From NCBI RefSeq assembly GCF_001194135.2, contig NC_068982.1, positions 38,719,523 through 38,783,522 on the forward strand: a DNA stretch of 64,000 nt, in the 5' to 3' direction. The DNA comes from Octopus bimaculoides (lineage: Eukaryota). Within the stretch, counting starts at the first letter, position 1; each line of letters opens with the position of its first letter. Positions 62,620 through 64,000 of the stretch are shown piece after piece. The notes under the pieces were generated by a model. The model worked only from the letters and a program-made list of their open reading frames with translations. It made no database searches and was not told the origin of the DNA. Both the position numbers and the translations under genes were made by a program.

Positions 62620-63202
62620 ACACACACATACACACACACAAACATATATATATGTATACACACACATTTTTTTTTATGTGTGTGTGTGTGTGTGTGAATG
62701 TATGCGTGTGTGTACGCATGCACTGCGTGTAACCCGCTACGCGTTGATGCTTTGCCTGAAGTTAATTCTAAATTAACTATTCTATAAATCAGATTGAAGG
62801 CAAGATAGCTGTGATTGCCTTTTTTTCTTTCTTTTCATCGTCAAGTCGAGCATCTAGGACTACACTAAGCCATGCCTCTTTCCTTTTATTCTATTAGAAA
62901 CGATAACGGAGTGTACGCTATGCCGGTGATTGACTCCTCTTTCTAGCAGACCGAGTTGCCTCTTCGAGCCGTCACAGTTGGGATGAGTGTAGTCAAACAT
63001 ACATACTGAACACATTAGAAATAAAGTTCGTCGCAAATAAACAAGAATTTTTGACAAGTTTAGTTATTTTAAGCAGCAACAGTAGACGAAGATGCTTACA
63101 CACGCAATACCTTAGTCACTTTGTATCAAATCGCACCTGTATTCATTCTGAAACTAAACTAGATTAAAAACCTTATATTTTCGTCCTAATGCCAATTCAT
63201 AG

Positions 63203-63259
<57 letters not shown>

Positions 63260-63353
63260 CTGTCTATCATTCTCAATCCTCTTCGTTGCATCGTCTATTT
63301 ATCCACCCTTCGGGCTCTATCACCATCCTTTCTCAGTATCATCATCATCATCG

Positions 63354-63386
<33 letters not shown>

Positions 63387-63399
63387 CCGTCATCCAGCA

Positions 63400-63555
63400 A
63401 CAGCAGCATTTCGTCCATCTTCACGTTCTAAGTTCAAATTCCGCCGAGGCCGACTTTGCCTTTCATCCTTTCGGGGTCGAATATAAATAAGTACCAGTTA
63501 TGCACTAGAGTCGATGTCCCCCAAAATTTGAGGCCTTGTACTTACAATCGAAAGG

Positions 63556-63560
<5 letters not shown>
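63400..63560 (+). mobile_element. SINE family A copy
   Basis: Family consensus. Confidence 0.75.
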
Positions 63561-63591
<31 letters not shown>

Positions 63592-63656
63592 AATATACGT
63601 ATACCTACGCATGCTCATAGATATGAACACATAACATTATTATTATTATTATTATT

Positions 63657-64000
63657 CAGTAGTTTTATTTTTATAACGTGCTTTCACTTCACTACCGAGC
63701 GCAGCTCTGTGCACCTTGGGTATGTGCTGTGGTTTGCTGTGGTGCTCTTATGTTTACTGTATTGAAAGTGTTTTGCGTAGGATGTGTGCAGTACCCAGTA
63801 GTGCAATTTTCTGTATGTTATATATATTTGTAAGTCCTGCTATTTTTGTTATGTATTTGTCTGAATATTTTTTTTATTATACCTAAGGCACCTACTATGA
63901 TAGGAATTGTTTCTGTTTTTAGATTCCACATTCGAGTTATCTCTATTTCCAGGTCTTTGTATTTTGAAAGTTTTTCCATTTCTTTTAGAGAAACGTTGTC
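63657..64000 (-). mobile_element. R4/Dong-like non-LTR retrotransposon 3' end with restriction-like endonuclease domain (continues beyond the window)
   Basis: Minus strand DNVSLKEMEKLSKYKDLEIEITRMWNLKTETIPIIVGALGIIK...NIQKIALLGTAHILRKTLSIQ*, then 3' UTR and (TAA)n tail. Confidence 0.88.

Noticed and set aside
62950-63010. Neuropeptide precursor (CMFDYTHPNC...KR)
   Set aside because: It matches no peptide family I know, no signal peptide is visible, and exon status is unproven.
53-64000. Many ORFs made of YI/CV/HT/LSIY/I/M/X runs
   Set aside because: They are translations of microsatellites or N gaps, not proteins.
1-64000. CRISPR arrays, rRNA genes, prokaryotic or viral operons
   Set aside because: None seen. 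Repeats are SINEs, MITEs and microsatellites without repeat-spacer regularity, and the DNA is intron-containing eukaryotic sequence.

Overview
AT-rich, microsatellite- and repeat-dense animal genomic DNA with three large N gaps and several 10-N gaps. The SINE families and repeat style point to an octopus genome (inference). The one confidently supported gene is the 3' part of a testican/SPOCK (Drosophila Cow-like) gene on the + strand. Seven phase-compatible GT-AG exons (402-729, 1744-1795, 4787-4990, 7025-7228, 9550-9606, 12229-12360, 16251-16297) encode an acidic linker, a SPARC-type EC domain with two canonical EF-hands, a thyroglobulin type-1 domain and a short basic tail, with no acidic glycosaminoglycan tail visible. 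The rest is mostly transposon-derived: four tRNA- or RTE-related SINE families, RTE, R4/Dong, Penelope and possible CR1 fragments, hAT/piggyBac/mariner MITEs, a hAT transposase fragment, a GGATCTT-ended TIR family with 8-bp TSDs, and two inverted ~0.9-kb LTR-like repeats. Best leads: a CpG-poor/CpG-rich boundary near 28-29 kb with a CRE-bearing promoter candidate and possible cryptic minus-strand exons, an intronic NRF1/ETS/YY1 palindromic island, the atypical testican architecture, and a Dong-like LINE sitting in a (TAA)n target. No clearly novel multi-gene system could be demonstrated from the sequence alone.
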